A stretch of DNA of 63,561 nucleotides, filler included, from Octopus bimaculoides (Eukaryota), in NCBI RefSeq assembly GCF_001194135.2. It is 8 parts of 7 records of this genome, joined end to end, with 100 filler letters (N's around TTAATTAATTAA, not from the genome) between each part and the next. Parts side by side here need not be neighbours in the genome. Positions count along the whole stretch, not along the records: positions 33,082 to 50,173 come from NC_068986.1; 7 more parts are not named here. One strand, written 5' to 3'. Shown here one piece after another: positions 35,880 to 49,032 of this stretch; position 1 is the first letter of the stretch, and the number at the start of each line of letters is the position of its first letter. A program made the translations under genes and the position numbers. The notes beneath the pieces were generated by a model that was given only the letters and a program-made list of their open reading frames with translations, searched no databases and was not told the DNA's origin.

Positions 35880-36375
35880 TTCATAGCCCCAACAGACAAA
35901 ATGGGAAAAGGCGTTACCCTGGAGGATGCCGAGGGAGATGCACTGGAACAGCCAGTCTTGCTCGCAGAGATCACACTTGTAGACAGCAATTTCTGCCCCG
36001 ATAACGGTGAGCAAGGATATGGTCCGGGGACCGAGAATGGTGGAGGTTTCAACTGCCACAGGTTCGACCGTAAACCTGCTGGAGAGCGACCGATACCTTG
36101 ACAGTTTGTTTGGCTGCTGACAACACCAAGTTGCCGCTGGAGACGGTGTCACAGCGTGTGGCATCTCAGATGAGGAGCATACCGCCACGGAAAGGGGAAA
36201 TTGTTACACCCTCCGGCCTTTCACCGTCTCGTCTGTCTATTCCTGCTGGCTTCAACAGGAAACAGAAGCCTACGGCGTCTAGGCCCTGCTTTCTGATCTT
36301 GTTAAGGGTGGCATGACGTGGCGGCAGGACAGTGGGTGGAAGCCGAAAGAATATGCAGAGGCATTCACGAAGCTC
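35880..36375 (-). mobile_element. CRE-clade-like restriction-like endonuclease fragment (second copy)
   Basis: RHATLNKI...KPAGIDRRDGERPEGVTISPF...LI*DATRCDT...RYRSL...EPVAVET...WLFQCISLGILQGNA. Confidence 0.8.
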
Positions 36376-36406
36376 ACAGATATGTATGTACATATGTATA
36401 TACGTA

Positions 36407-36442
<36 letters not shown>

Positions 36443-36562
36443 CATACATACATACATACATACATACATACGTATGTGTGTATGTTATGTATAACGATGA
36501 TGATGATAACAACGACGACGGTGACGACAGCGACGGCGACTACGACGACGACAATGATGATA

Positions 36563-36595
<33 letters not shown>

Positions 36596-37389
36596 NNNNN
36601 NNNNNNNNNNNNNNNNNNNNNNNNNNNNNNNNNNNNNNNNNNNNNNNNGTGGTGGTGGTGGTGGTGGTGGTGATGGTGATGATGATCAATAACTATAACT
36701 CTAATAAAGAGTAAATATTATTAATTCATTAAGCTTTACTGCTCTAGATCAGATGTCTTCGAGGCCTAATATACATTTATTGATTTGGAAGTGTTGTCAG
36801 CGTCATTTCCCTCAAGTGTTACAGCATTATTTTTCATCTTTTATTTTCCTTTTTCTCTAGATTTCTATCTATTTAATCTTCTACAAAAAGCTGATAAGAT
36901 AGAGCAAATGATAATTAATTGCAACTATTTTCGGAAATGCAATTAGTAGCATTGGTAATATCTTCAATGATTTCGTTTTTTTTTCTTTGTTTTTTTATTC
37001 CTTTGCTTTTGTTTTCACCGTTTTATGAGTGTCATCAATATTTTTAATGTCTATCTCACTTTTATTATTATCGACGTCGTGACATCAAGATTTTTATTGG
37101 CCTATTACTTGTTTCTACCGTCACTGCTGACATCAAAAGAAATCGTATCTAAAGTGACGTTGGAGTCACACACACACACCCACACACCCACACACACACA
37201 CACACACTCACACACACACATACAAAGAAAGATTGGAAAACCTTTGTAAAGAGAACAAAAGTGAAAAGGAAGTACGTTTCGAACGAAGGGGAGCGAACCT
37301 ATTTCAGCGGGTCAATCGTTCTGAGTTATTCGTTAAAGGGTCAACGGTGCTAATAATTGATGCGGAAACTATTATTGAGACAGCGCTGA

Positions 37390-38190
37390 TGGTTCCACAA
37401 CCTTTCTGTCATCGTCTTAGACAATTGTTGGTACTGGCAGTGATAGTCTGCAAACACTTACAGCAAGGTAGTGAGCGCCCCCGTGAAATGGAGCAGATTT
37501 CAATGATGATCCACAGATAAATTCCATGGGCCTCTGGACAATTACCTGGGATCACAGATTAATTATTAAAGTCATCGTTTGGGGTGATATGAACGACTAC
37601 AAAAGTCTCCTCAGTTTATATATACAGTTATAATGTTCATATTAATAAACGTTTCGTAAGCGATTGCCAGAACAGCGAGAAACTACACAATCACGTAACC
37701 ACATGCTGTTAATACTTTCTGACTGATTCGAACGCGAATACGCAGATCCCTGTTGTAGTTCGTCACCTCTTTCTCATTAGTCGATGTGTGATAATAGCAT
37801 ACGATTTGTTGATGTATTCGACTTTATTGAGAGATTTTTCAGTCATAGCTACCGAGTTCGACGAAACCAAACAAGAATACAGGCTGTTGTTAATAAAAAT
37901 CAGCAAACAAATTATTTACTGTTTATCGGGCATCCGCAGGCATCAGTAAATAATTTGACTGAAGAGACACACAACAGGGTCAAATCACTGTTTCCAAAAT
38001 CCCCTCACATAATGAATCACTTGTTTTATAGACACACACATCGTTTAAAGGAGGCGATAATCTCCCATGACAAAATGCAACACCGATCAGTGTATTCACT
38101 CTCAAATCTGCCAGAGCTTATTGAGGATTAACAGATACGTTATTGCATACAACTTCTACTGTTTAGAATTACTCATCCGAATTAAGTTCA
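37390..38190 (-). pseudogene. Possible decayed multi-pass membrane protein (GPCR TM5-TM7-like) remnant
   Basis: Joining frames gives hydrophobic blocks IICLLIFINNSLY, RVRISQKVLTACGYVIV*FLAVLAIAY and MEFICGSSLKSAPF...LTTLL/PCCKC, with many stops. Pattern recognition only. Confidence 0.22.
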
Positions 38191-38204
38191 AAATGTTACT
38201 TATA

Positions 38205-38356
38205 GCAGGCGTGGTAAGACGTTTGTTCCTAACCACATGACTGGGAGTTCAGTCTCACTAAGTTACACCTTGGGTAAGTGTCTTCTACTATAGCCTCGAA
38301 TCGACCAAAACCTTATGAATGGATTTGGTTGTCGGAAACTGGAAGAAGCCCATCAT
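38205..38356 (+). mobile_element. tRNA-derived SINE head followed by (GT)n and a gap
   Basis: Same head motif as 12430/12652. Confidence 0.8.
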
Positions 38357-38362
38357 GTGTGT

Positions 38363-38423
<61 letters not shown>

Positions 38424-39218
38424 NNNNNNNNNNNNNNNNNNNNNNNNNNNNNNNNNNNNNNNNNNNNNNNNNNNNNNNNNNNNNNNNNNNNNNNNNNNNN
38501 NNNNNNNNNNNNNNNNNNNNNNNNNNNNNNNNNNNNNNNNNNNNNNNNNNNNNNNNNNNNNNNNNNNNNNNNNNNNNNNNNNNNNNNNNNNNNNNNNNNN
38601 NNNNNNNNNNNNNNNNNNNNNNNNNNNNNNNNNNNNNNNNNNNNNNNNNNNNNNNNNNNNNNNNNNNNNNNNNNNNNNNNNNNNNNNNNNNNNNNNNNNN
38701 NNNNNNNNNNNNNNNNNNNNNNNNNNNNNNNNNNNNNNNNNNNNNNNNNNNNNNNNNNNNNNNNNNNNNNNNNNNNNNNNNNNNNNNNNNNNNNNNNNNN
38801 NNNNNNNNNNNNNNNNNNNNNNNNNNNNNNNNNNNNNNNNNNNNNNNNNNNNNNNNNNNNNNNNNNNNNNNNNNNNNNNNNNNNNNNNNNNNNNNNNNNN
38901 NNNNNNNNNNNNNNNNNNNNNNNNNNNNNNNNNNNNNNNNNNNNNNNNNNNNNNNNNNNNNNNNNNNNNNNNNNNNNNNNNNNNNNNNNNNNNNNNNNNN
39001 NNNNNNNNNNNNNNNNNNNNNNNNNNNNNNNNNNNNNNNNNNNNNNNNNNNNNNNNNNNNNNNNNNNNNNNNNNNNNNNNNNNNNNNNNNNNNNNNNNNN
39101 NNNNNNNNNNNNNNNNNNNNNNNNNNNNNNNNNNNNNNNNNNNNNNNNNNNNNNNNNNNNNNNNNNNNNNNNNNNNNNNNNNNNNNNNNNNNNNNNNNNN
39201 NNNNNNNNNNNNNNNNNN

Positions 39219-39362
39219 ACTGGGTACTGCACACATTCTACGCAAAACACTTTCAATACAGTAAACATAAGAGCACCACAGCAAACCACAGCACATACCC
39301 AAGGCGCACAGAGCTGCGCTCGGTAGTGAAGTGAAAGCACGTTATAAAAATAAAACTACTGA
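39219..39362 (+). mobile_element. R4/Dong-like 3' end followed by (TAA)n
   Basis: LGTAHILRKTLSIQ* and the same 3' UTR as 31946-32130. Confidence 0.8.
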
Positions 39363-39365
39363 ACC

Positions 39366-39420
<55 letters not shown>

Positions 39421-39422
<2 letters not shown>

Positions 39423-39950
39423 GCGAAATTGGGACAACGCGAATACAAAAGACGCCATGAGAATGTGGCAAGAATGATCCATTGGAAACTCTGTGGAAAT
39501 CACGGTCTACAAAGAGCAAAGACGTGGTATGAGCAAACCCCAGAAAGAGTCATCGAGAATGAAGGTTGCGAAATCCTGTGGGATGCAATGATCCAGTGTG
39601 ATCACCTGACCAGACACCGAAAGGATACAAATAACTTGGTGTATTAGAGTTTAACGAGATAATAGAAAAGGAAATGAAAGAGCAACTGAGGAGGGAGTAT
39701 TTCCGAAGACTGAGGTTGGTGTTGCGCTCGAAATTGACTGGATGGAATAAAATCTAGGTGGTTAATACATGGGCGATAGCACCACTTCGGTATGTTACGA
39801 AAGGTTTGCCTTCTTGGCACGGCCAGAATAATCAAGAAAGTATTAAATAGCTGAAAAGAGTGAAGAGCATGGTACGTTAGGCTGCAGGTAGCAATCCCGC
39901 TACGCATGCAGGTCTACAGGAGCTCTAACAAAACCTCTGATAAAGAGAAA
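39421..39950 (+). mobile_element. R4/Dong-like internal fragments, rearranged
   Basis: QREYKRRHENVARMIHWKLC...ILWDAMIQCD is followed by the normally upstream segment EYFRRLRLVLRSKLTGWNKI. Bounded by (TAA)-rich tracts. Confidence 0.75.
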
Positions 39951-40438
39951 ATAATAATGATGATAACAATAACAACAACAACAAAATAGAGACAAATAGA
40001 AGCAATTTCAATCGTACTGCGGTGATCGAATCAGATCGAACGATAGAAAAACAAATCTTAGCAAATATTTTGTAATGCGTGACTAAAATGAAACATCAAC
40101 GAGGAAGACAGGGATAATTGTGCAATTTTGTCTGGGATTAAATTTCAAAATTGATCTCATCGAGGTTAGGGAGGTTGATAGATTTTAGGAAATATATCAG
40201 AGTTTGTCCTGCTTTGAAAACGATTGTTCAAGGGATGCAACATCGGATTACATTGAGAACTATATGCATGTATGTATGTATGTATGTATGTATGTATGTA
40301 TGTATGTATGTATGTATGTATGTGTTTCCCTGTATATACGTGTGTATATATGTGTATATGTATACATATATTTATGTATACAGTGAGAGAAGCATATATG
40401 TACACACACACACATACACGCATAAACACACACACACA

Positions 40439-40478
<40 letters not shown>

Positions 40479-40649
40479 CTTTACGTTTGTTTCCAAGAAA
40501 CGTTTTGAATTTTCATAGAAAAGCTGTTATTCCATTATGCCGGATACAGCCTAATGATGCAAACTAGCGATATCAGTTTTTTTTTTGAGGTGGGGCACAC
40601 CGAGCTGTGCCGATATAATGTAGGATAAATATCGTAATAATAATAATAA

Positions 40650-41370
40650 TCCTCGGGTGGAATTTATAACTATTTTAATGCATCACTACGCGCGTTTCTA
40701 CAAATCACATGTTTCTTAAGATCATAGTCCATATTCCTGGGATGATTACAGTGTAGTCCGTTGTATCCATGGACATCGGATGGATCATCTTCAAAGTCAC
40801 TGTCAAACTTATGTTTCTACACCGGCACAAATCCTGCAAGACCCCCTTCAGCCGTCCTTCTCAGTAAAGTCTTCAAAGTGTAAACTCATTGACAACTGTG
40901 TAAAGGAGTCTCAGTATGAAGGCCTCGGTTCGAAGCACATTTGCTACTTTCTTTTCTCTCCTTTTGGGTTTGATAAAATCCATCGCTGTCAAGTGTTGGG
41001 TTCCATTACCATTATTGATCCTGCATTCTACTTGTTTTCTTTTATTATTTTATTTATCTAGATTAGATAAATAAAATGGTTGTTACGCTTGCTTTCAGTC
41101 CTTCTGAATGTTGTTGTAGAGCTCTTCTGAAGTCTTGTAAATCTATCACAATATGCGAAGGGTGACCTTTAGATACATTGTCCTAGAAATGCGTAAGCCC
41201 GACCTGGCTGCATCACACAAACCGTTCCATATATCCTGGTTGTCTTTCAAGCCGAGGAGTTTATTTGGTTAACCTCAATCAAAAATTGTGACGAAAGAAT
41301 TCTTCATTTCCGTTCACGAATACTTGGTTTCACTCTCTACCGATGTCTACGTGGTTTGGGAACGCGTGTG
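40650..41370 (-). mobile_element. Possible degenerate LINE 5' region
   Basis: A mixed-composition block ending at a (TAA)n tract with a weak endonuclease-N-terminus-like translation; family uncertain. Confidence 0.25.
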
Positions 41371-41511
41371 TGAGTATGTGCGTGTGCTGTGTGTGTGCGT
41401 GTGCTGTGTGTGTGCGTGCATGCGTGTGTGTGTGTTTGCGTGTGTGTGTGTGTGTGTGTGTGAAAGTAGATATACACACACATAAACAGAAAGAAAGACA
41501 GACAGACAGAC

Positions 41512-41570
<59 letters not shown>

Positions 41571-41676
41571 AAGATAGATAGATAGTGTGTATGTATCAAT
41601 ATATATANNNNNNNNNNNNNNNNNNNNNNNNNNNNNNNNNNNNNNNNNNNNNNNNNNNNNNNNNNNNNNNNNNNNN

Positions 41677-41714
<38 letters not shown>

Positions 41715-42344
41715 TTATAAGAGGGCTGACCACTAGGTGGACATCCAATATGCTAAAATGTAGACCCCATATACATATATGTAATACATTATATATAGAC
41801 ATAATATGTATGATATATGTGTGAGCGCGCGTGTTAGTGTGAGTGAATTCGCGCCCACGCGCGGAAATCGTGAGCAAATTATTAGTAGCACATTTATTAA
41901 TTCATATGTTCATATACATATGGACAATATATATATAATGAGCTTATTATTTATACGCGCACACACACGCACACACACTCATAGACACACACACGCACAC
42001 ACACACTCACACACACACTCACACACACATACGAACTCTTAAACACACCAAAGCTGAATATTTGTATTTTGTACGAAGTTGTTTAACTGCTGCAATATAT
42101 CAAACAAGATAAGCAGAGTCGGTAGTTTTGCAGTGGAGAGCTGATTGACTTCCTGTCCAGATAATTCCTATCAGTGAAATATCCGATATGAAACTAACAA
42201 CTATTTAAACAAGAAAAATAAATCGAAAAAATTACCAAAAATGACTGGAAATTTGATGAGGATAGCTTTCAAACTAGCCAAGTATGTGTGTGAGTGGTTG
42301 TATGCCTATGCACACTTGAAGATACAGACAAAATAATCTTGTGC

Positions 42345-42439
<95 letters not shown>

Positions 42440-42597
42440 CTGTTGGCTACATTTTGATATGTCTTGTTCCTCAGCCTTCTCTTCTTCCCTATGAGGATAT
42501 CTCACTTTATCGAATTAGTTTTTAAGTTCTTGTATTATAATTCTAATCACAAACAGGAATATTAAAAAGAGCAAAATACTTGACTGACGTTTTGATT

Positions 42598-42834
42598 TTA
42601 TGACTCAGGTGGATGAAAGTACAAAGTTGATCTCGACAAAAACCCATTAGAATTTAGATATGGAACGTATGCAATTCTATCATTCTGGCGTTCCGACCAA
42701 ACTATCACCGACGCATATCCACAAAGCATTTCTTCGTCTGCTTCCTGTTCAAATCCTAACGCGATATTGTATGCCTGCCATCCGCTCAGGACCAATAAAA
42801 TATGATGTTGTCGTAATACGAGGATAGAGATTTG
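42598..42834 (-). CDS. Candidate host exon, DOMON-like pattern (speculative)
   Basis: Open frame SGWQAYNIALGFEQEADEEMLCGYASVIVW...AYVPYLNSNG with an AG acceptor at 42835-42836. Confidence 0.2.
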   Translation of the reverse strand, partial: QISILVLRQHHILLVLSGWQAYNIALGFEQEADEEMLCGYASVIVWSERQNDRIAYVPYLNSNGFLSRSTLYFHPPES

Positions 42835-43045
42835 CTGCGTGGATATTATGTTAAACGGTCGTATGTCCAAATTTGGCCAAACATTTTTTTTCTTTTTTCA
42901 AAATTTAATTTTACTTACAATAGCCGGTTCTTTTGGTCAAACTATCGTATCTCCAGCTGCTTCAAATGCCAATATATGAAAATTGTCCAGTAAATATTCA
43001 ACTCCTGAAGTGCGGAGTTTATTAAATATCCAATGAGTTTCAATA

Positions 43046-43891
43046 CGAGGTACGTTCAAAATGCATACCACTTTATTTTTTCCCGCCAAAACTAAAACTA
43101 CGTTGGGGAAAATTCTTCAGGTGGGAGGTGACGTTCCCTTTCCTGTACATGCGTGAAAATTTTGGCGCCTGTAGGCCACATCAGTTCTCAGCAGTTACCC
43201 CTAGAGTACAGTCGTGCAGTGCGCGCTCGTTGGATAACCGAACGCATCGGGCAGAAGCCGTAGACCCATATACCATCACAAGCGATGATGGTCTTCGTAG
43301 AGTCTGGGTTGTGCTTTGTACGGCTCAGCCTATCCTGAGCGATTTCTCTACGGAGTTGCTATTGCACAAATCTTCCGTTAAGATAGAGTACACTGATCCT
43401 GTGCTTATTCCCTCTTCGTGAGCAAGTTCCTCGATTGTTACACGATGGCTTTCCATGACTATTCACTGAACCTTCTCAATCGGTTCCTCGTTTCGGTTTG
43501 TGGATGGCCTGTCTGAGCGTGCCTCGCTTTTCACTATGATACAGCCATGTTTCACTGTGATACAGCCTTGATCTGAGTTTTACCCATGGCATCATCACCG
43601 AAGGCCCTGCTGAATTTTCTGGATTGTTAGAGTTTGAGTATCACCAAACTTTTGGCAAAACTTTGACGCAATATCTCTGACTCGATGCATTCGGTGAAAT
43701 TCGGAAAATCCGACGAACGTGCACTACACGCCTCTACTCTAGGCATAATAGCTGGCTTGTGACTCCGCCTACCGACGTGAACATTTTCACGCGAGCGTAG
43801 GAAAGGTGGCGTCACCTTACACCCAAAGAATTTTACCTGCGTGGCATTAGTCGAGGATAGAAAAAAATAAATACTTTTTGAATGCATCTCG
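43046..43891 (-). mobile_element. mariner-derived non-autonomous element made of two inverted 5' ends
   Basis: TA|CGAG..TTCAAAA at both ends with TA TSDs. The minus-strand transposase N-terminus (QRYC, RAFGDDAM, RPST, VTIEELA, IIACDGIWVYG) stops at the junction near 43249. Confidence 0.85.
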
Positions 43892-44178
43892 TACTCCTAA
43901 ATTGTCACTAATATCTGCGGGAAAGGCATGAACGCCATAAAATTATATTTCTTACCCGTCTACATTCATGAAAAAAGTCACCATTGATGCATTTGAATAA
44001 AGACTCATTAATCATTAATTTTCAATTACCTCATTTATCTCTTTAATAAAAAGTCAGGATCCTTTTTAGCATCCGTCCATTTTGTTCTCCAGGAATATCA
44101 AAATGAAGGCATAAATGAGTGACCTTTTCTGAAAGCAGATCCATTTTCTAACTCTAGTTCTGATTTCACCGTTCTCAC

Positions 44179-44354
44179 TTGATGTATCAGCCAATTAAAG
44201 AAAATCCTGATAACAGAATGAAGTTGTTTTGGAATTAACCCTGAAGATTTTGTCTGTTGTTGTGGCGAAAGAAACAAAACCTGACGGAAACACTGAATGA
44301 AGACGATGGAATATTTATAGTTACTAAGGGTAACTTCATCGAAATAGGATTCGA
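44179..44354 (-). CDS. Candidate host exon (speculative)
   Basis: 176-bp open segment ESYFDEVTLSNYKYSIVF...NWLIHQ between TTCCCAG| and |GTGAGA. Confidence 0.15.
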
Positions 44355-45149
44355 CTGGGAATCGAACCAAAGATGCAATATTGACACACCAAAAACAACC
44401 GATTCTGCAGAGCTCACCGTTTTGGTTACAATGCCTTAAAAATAATTCTTCCGTTCCCAAACTAAAACGAATCAATATATGCAAATTACTTTGAGGAAAA
44501 TCTTTTCTCATTCGCCCTCCTCTCACCGCCACTCTGCTCTACATTTCTCTCACGATTGTTTTATTTACTATTGTTTACTTATTCTTTGCTACCTTCTCTT
44601 CCTTCCTTTTTCCTTTCTTTTTTTTTTATCAGAATGAATCACTCGTTAGTGGCACACACTTAAGTCTGTCACACATTCAGCTCAGTCGCTTCTACAAATT
44701 GATTGCTTGCCAAATATGTATTTGTTTAATCTCGTCGACTCTATAGTTATCTATTAATCTAAATTAGTTTATTTTATATATTTATTTTGACTTTTGTTTT
44801 ATTATTGATAATGTTATTTGAACAGAAGATACGACAGGAAAAACAATACTACGAAAACCGTATCAGCAGCAGCAGCGGTGGCGGCGGCGGTAGTAAGATG
44901 TTCTGCAACAACATCCAATATTTTAGCCTATTTAATGCCGAAACAATAAAAATATCGATTTCAATTTCTGTCGCAAATTCTCAGTTTTGTAAGAAAACCA
45001 AAGAAAGAATGTGAGACATTGATGCCCTCCCTAGGCCTACTGTCTTTCCCATTGTATACGAATGGCAGCACTTGGAATTCAGCGACTGCCTGTGTTCTTG
45101 TTTTAATAATGAAAATCTTCAGCCCCCTAACAAATTCTTCTCTCACAGT

Positions 45150-45357
45150 TAATAACGGTTTCAAATTTTCACACAAGGCCAGCAATTTTAGGGGAAGAAG
45201 TAAGTCGATTAAATCGACCCCAGTACTAAACTAGTATATATTTTCTCCACTGCCGAAAAGATGAAAGGCAAAATCGACCTCGGCGGAATTTGAACTCAAA
45301 GCATAAAGATGCCGCATTTTACCCGGCGTTCTAACGCATCTACCAGCTTGTCGCCTC
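45150..45357 (-). mobile_element. tRNA-derived SINE (family of 58031-58263)
   Basis: Reverse complement of the head with B-box gagttcaaattccgccgaggtcga. Confidence 0.8.
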
Positions 45358-47037
45358 GCCTTTGCGAGTGAAACGAAACGAAACTGATTCCTTTTGGTAA
45401 ACCCAGTTTGGTAGAAGATACAACGTAGACTCGGTAGGTTGAAATATGCCTCCCCATCTCAGTGTATTACAGGCAGGTTTCAGCGAATCCAGCAGAAATA
45501 AAACCGAAAATATCGAAGTGCCGGATTAGATCTTAAAAAATTATTTGATCTGTCCCTTTGTGCCAAATCCTTCTGAAATATCGACAACTGACAACACATT
45601 GACAAAACTATTGAATGCTATCTCTGGTAGTTTACAGACCGCTAGAGAGATGTTCTCCACCTAGAATCGAACCAGGGACATCAAATTAACACATATGTAT
45701 GTATTTACTTGCATGTATATATATGTATGTGCAGATATATGTGCTTGTGCATGGTTTAATTTTCTGAAATCTTCAGAAAGTGAATAGTACTTGTCTGGAC
45801 AGCTAGATGTTCATACACTTTTACGTTTCCATACCGTGATGAACATGTCATAATAAGTGTCATTTAGGTTATGCAGAATAGATACACGTGCGCGCTAATA
45901 TATAAATATGAATAACTACATACATACATACATACATACATACATACACACACACGCATCCATGTATCACAATATATGCTATACAGCTTTTAAAATATAA
46001 ATCAGTATAATTTTAAAAAAACTTAAGATGCTTATGTTTTTGAGGAGTATTTGCGTGCGTATGAGACTGTGTAGGTGTTTGCGTGTGTGAATGTGTGACT
46101 GTGTGTGAGTGTGTGAGTGTGAGACTATTGTAATAGCTTCGAGTCTAACTAAATGCTTATATTCCAGTGTTTAATGAATAAATAAATAAATAAATAAATA
46201 AAGGAATAAATAAATAAATAAATAAATAAAACTAAAATTGCGATTTGTTGCTGTAAAAAGAGAAACATCTAAAAGAACAAACGGCAGAACTTTCATGATA
46301 ATTTTTCATCGATACATATTCCACACAAGGCATATCAATATTCTTTAGACTTCGCTGCTATTATGACTGATTGCCAATGTAGACTTCCACTAACCTCTTC
46401 CAATTCCATGATTTAGTCTTTCGTTGGAAACGGCTACCACAATCCGGGCATTTACATTTGTTACTTGCTGACATTGAAGGTTTCTATCAGGAAATAAATT
46501 CAAACCATTTTCCTCGGGAGAATTTCTCATTTCACTGGAAGTGATTTTTGTTTGGTGAATACACAGAGAGCATAGACTTTACAAAGTTATTCTATTTTTC
46601 AATAGAACAAAGTTCTTCACATACGATGTGCAATTCCTGTTTCAAGGAAATTTGTGTTCCTCGTCCGAAATGTCCATAGATTTTGGAAATTATGACACAT
46701 TGGAACTAGTCAATATTTTATTTATTTTATCTAAATAAGCATTATTTCAACACAGCGTGTATATTTTATTTTGAGGGAGTTGAGTCTATTTCATGGCGGC
46801 TACAATTCTCAGGAATCGATTTTGGTCGATTCCCATTTATTATTCAATCATTTCTGCAATACTCTACAATACAAAACACTCCAATACCATTCCATGCAGT
46901 AACAACACAATGCAGTCCACTATAAACCTATAGAATATCATATTCAATGTCCATAAATTACAAGATTCCATCATTGCTAAGCGTCAGTTCGCTAATCGAT
47001 CACTGATATCACGAAATCAGTTTGTTGGCTGGGTTTT

Positions 47038-47070
<33 letters not shown>

Positions 47071-48339
47071 TAGTTTTCCTGTCGATTCTTGTAAACAGTC
47101 TGTTCTTTAACAGTAAACAGATAAACAGAACATACACAAGAGTTATAAGGCATTTGAATATACACACACTTGTTTCTCTGCAGTCTTAAGATACCTTTTC
47201 GTTTCATGCTGTGAACGTATCTCTGCATTATTGTTGATATTGCCACGATCTGTTTCGAATGTTTTCTATATAAGATTGATGTCTCCAGGGAATGAATATA
47301 TTGACTTTTTTACAGTTTCATCTAGGTTACTCTTTGGTGTGAACAGCTTCTATTTTTACTAAATTTCCTGCTTTAGTTGCTTTCCAATTAAAGATACACA
47401 ACGGGAGGAGTTTTCAACTCAATCATTTAAAATGTCTTTTATGTCGTCGGCTAAGTTCATTCTGTGTTTGCTTCGTACCATAACTACAGTTAGTGACACG
47501 TCAAACGTGTAGCTCTTCGCTTATGGCTTTTCTCTCAATTCTTCTACCTATGTAGCAGACATTATTGAAATACTTCCTCGTATTATTTATTCACTTTCCA
47601 ATTTACCTTGTGGAAAGAAACAAGATTACGACTTGCTGTTCATGATTATCTCAAGAGCTTCAGTGACGTCATGAAGCTGAAATGGTTTCAACAAAGAAAC
47701 AAGTTCTACAGACTCGACAAACTCTATGACAATCGCCTCTGATTTCTTTTGCACCAGATACACGTCACTATTTTCAACGTAATGTAAATAACATTTGTGG
47801 TATTCATACCTTTCCAAGAGTTACAGCCCTAGAAATAAATTCGTGTCAACCGCGACTCGAAACTTGTTTGCAATATCGATACATCAGGAGTCTGCCACAG
47901 CACATTTTTTTTTTCAGTCAGGGTGGTCGTTATAACCTCCGAAACCAGAGAGATGAGAAGAAGAGGATACCCTTAAATTTGGAAACCTGTCCCTAGGGCT
48001 TAAAACAGTGTGAACTGTATTAAATGTAGCCAGGGTAGCAGGTGTTGATGTTAAAAGGGGTGACAGATGAAGCCTACTATCCAAATAGGACACGGCTGTA
48101 TTTGATCTGAGAACACAGAGAGCCGGAAGAAAAGCCACGATGCATTCGGTCGAACGTTCTTACAGCTCTGCCGATCTACAGCCTTTGGTACATTTTGATC
48201 GACCCCGAAAAGAAGAAAGGCAAAGATGACTTTGGAAGGATTTGATCTCAGAGTACAGATATTCGGAGCAAACTTCACAAAACATTTTGACAGTCAATTC
48301 ACCGCTTAAATACTAATTGATATTAGAAGAAAGACCAAG

Positions 48340-48555
48340 GTGGGGAGCTGGTAGAATGGTCACCGCGCCGGACAAAATGCTTACTGGCATTTCGTCCGGC
48401 CTTACTTTCTGAGTTCAAATTCCGCCAAGATTGATTTTGCCTTTAATCCTTTTCGAGGTCGATAAAAATAAGTAGCAGTTAAACACTGCGGTCAATTTAA
48501 TCGACTTAGCCCCACCTTTCCCGAACCTGCCGGCCTCGTGCCAAATTTTCACACC
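48340..48555 (+). mobile_element. tRNA-derived SINE (family of 58031-58263)
   Basis: ggtggggagctggtagaat...gagttcaaattccgcc...tttaatcgactt. Confidence 0.8.
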
Positions 48556-48789
48556 AATATTAAAGGGATGACTAATTCGTGAATGTTTTGCCGAATGTGG
48601 AAGACAGCTGACGGCGAGTCTTAGACCAAAACTAAAACAAAACTGAACTATTTTCTTCCAACTTTTTAAAGAATTTCAAGATCTTCTTGATCTCTTAACC
48701 TTTGTTAGACTAATTCTGTCTTTGACGACAAATATTCCATAATTGTATTTAAAGACAGATGAAGCCTAAGCCGAATTTCCTGTACTCCG

Positions 48790-49032
48790 TGGATGTGTAA
48801 TTAACGTACAAGTGGCTAAGCACTCCACAGACACATGTATCCTTAACACAGTTCTCGGAGAGATTCAGCGTGAGGCGGAATGTGATAACGGAATTTGAAA
48901 TACAGGTACAACTCATTTTTGTCAACTGAGTGGACTAAAGAAACGTGAAATAAAGTGTCTTGCTCAAGGACACAACGCGCCATCGGGAATCGAACTTACG
49001 ATCGTCAGCCGGATGCTCTAACCACTGAGCCG
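48790..49032 (-). mobile_element. tRNA-derived SINE (family of 17672-17990)
   Basis: Reverse-complement A box ggctcagtggttag, B box agttcgattccc and core gtgtccttgagcaagacactttat. Confidence 0.75.

Noticed and set aside
38278-39340. Long ORFs of 250-380 aa in the ORF track (also near 26.0-27.0, 55.8-56.4, 59.4-60.6 and 62.0-62.8 kb)
   Set aside because: They are long only because they run through N-gaps and microsatellites.
46380-46480. Minus-strand KCPDCGSRFQRK resembling the start of a C2H2 finger
   Set aside because: No correctly spaced His pair follows, and the frame is interrupted by stops.
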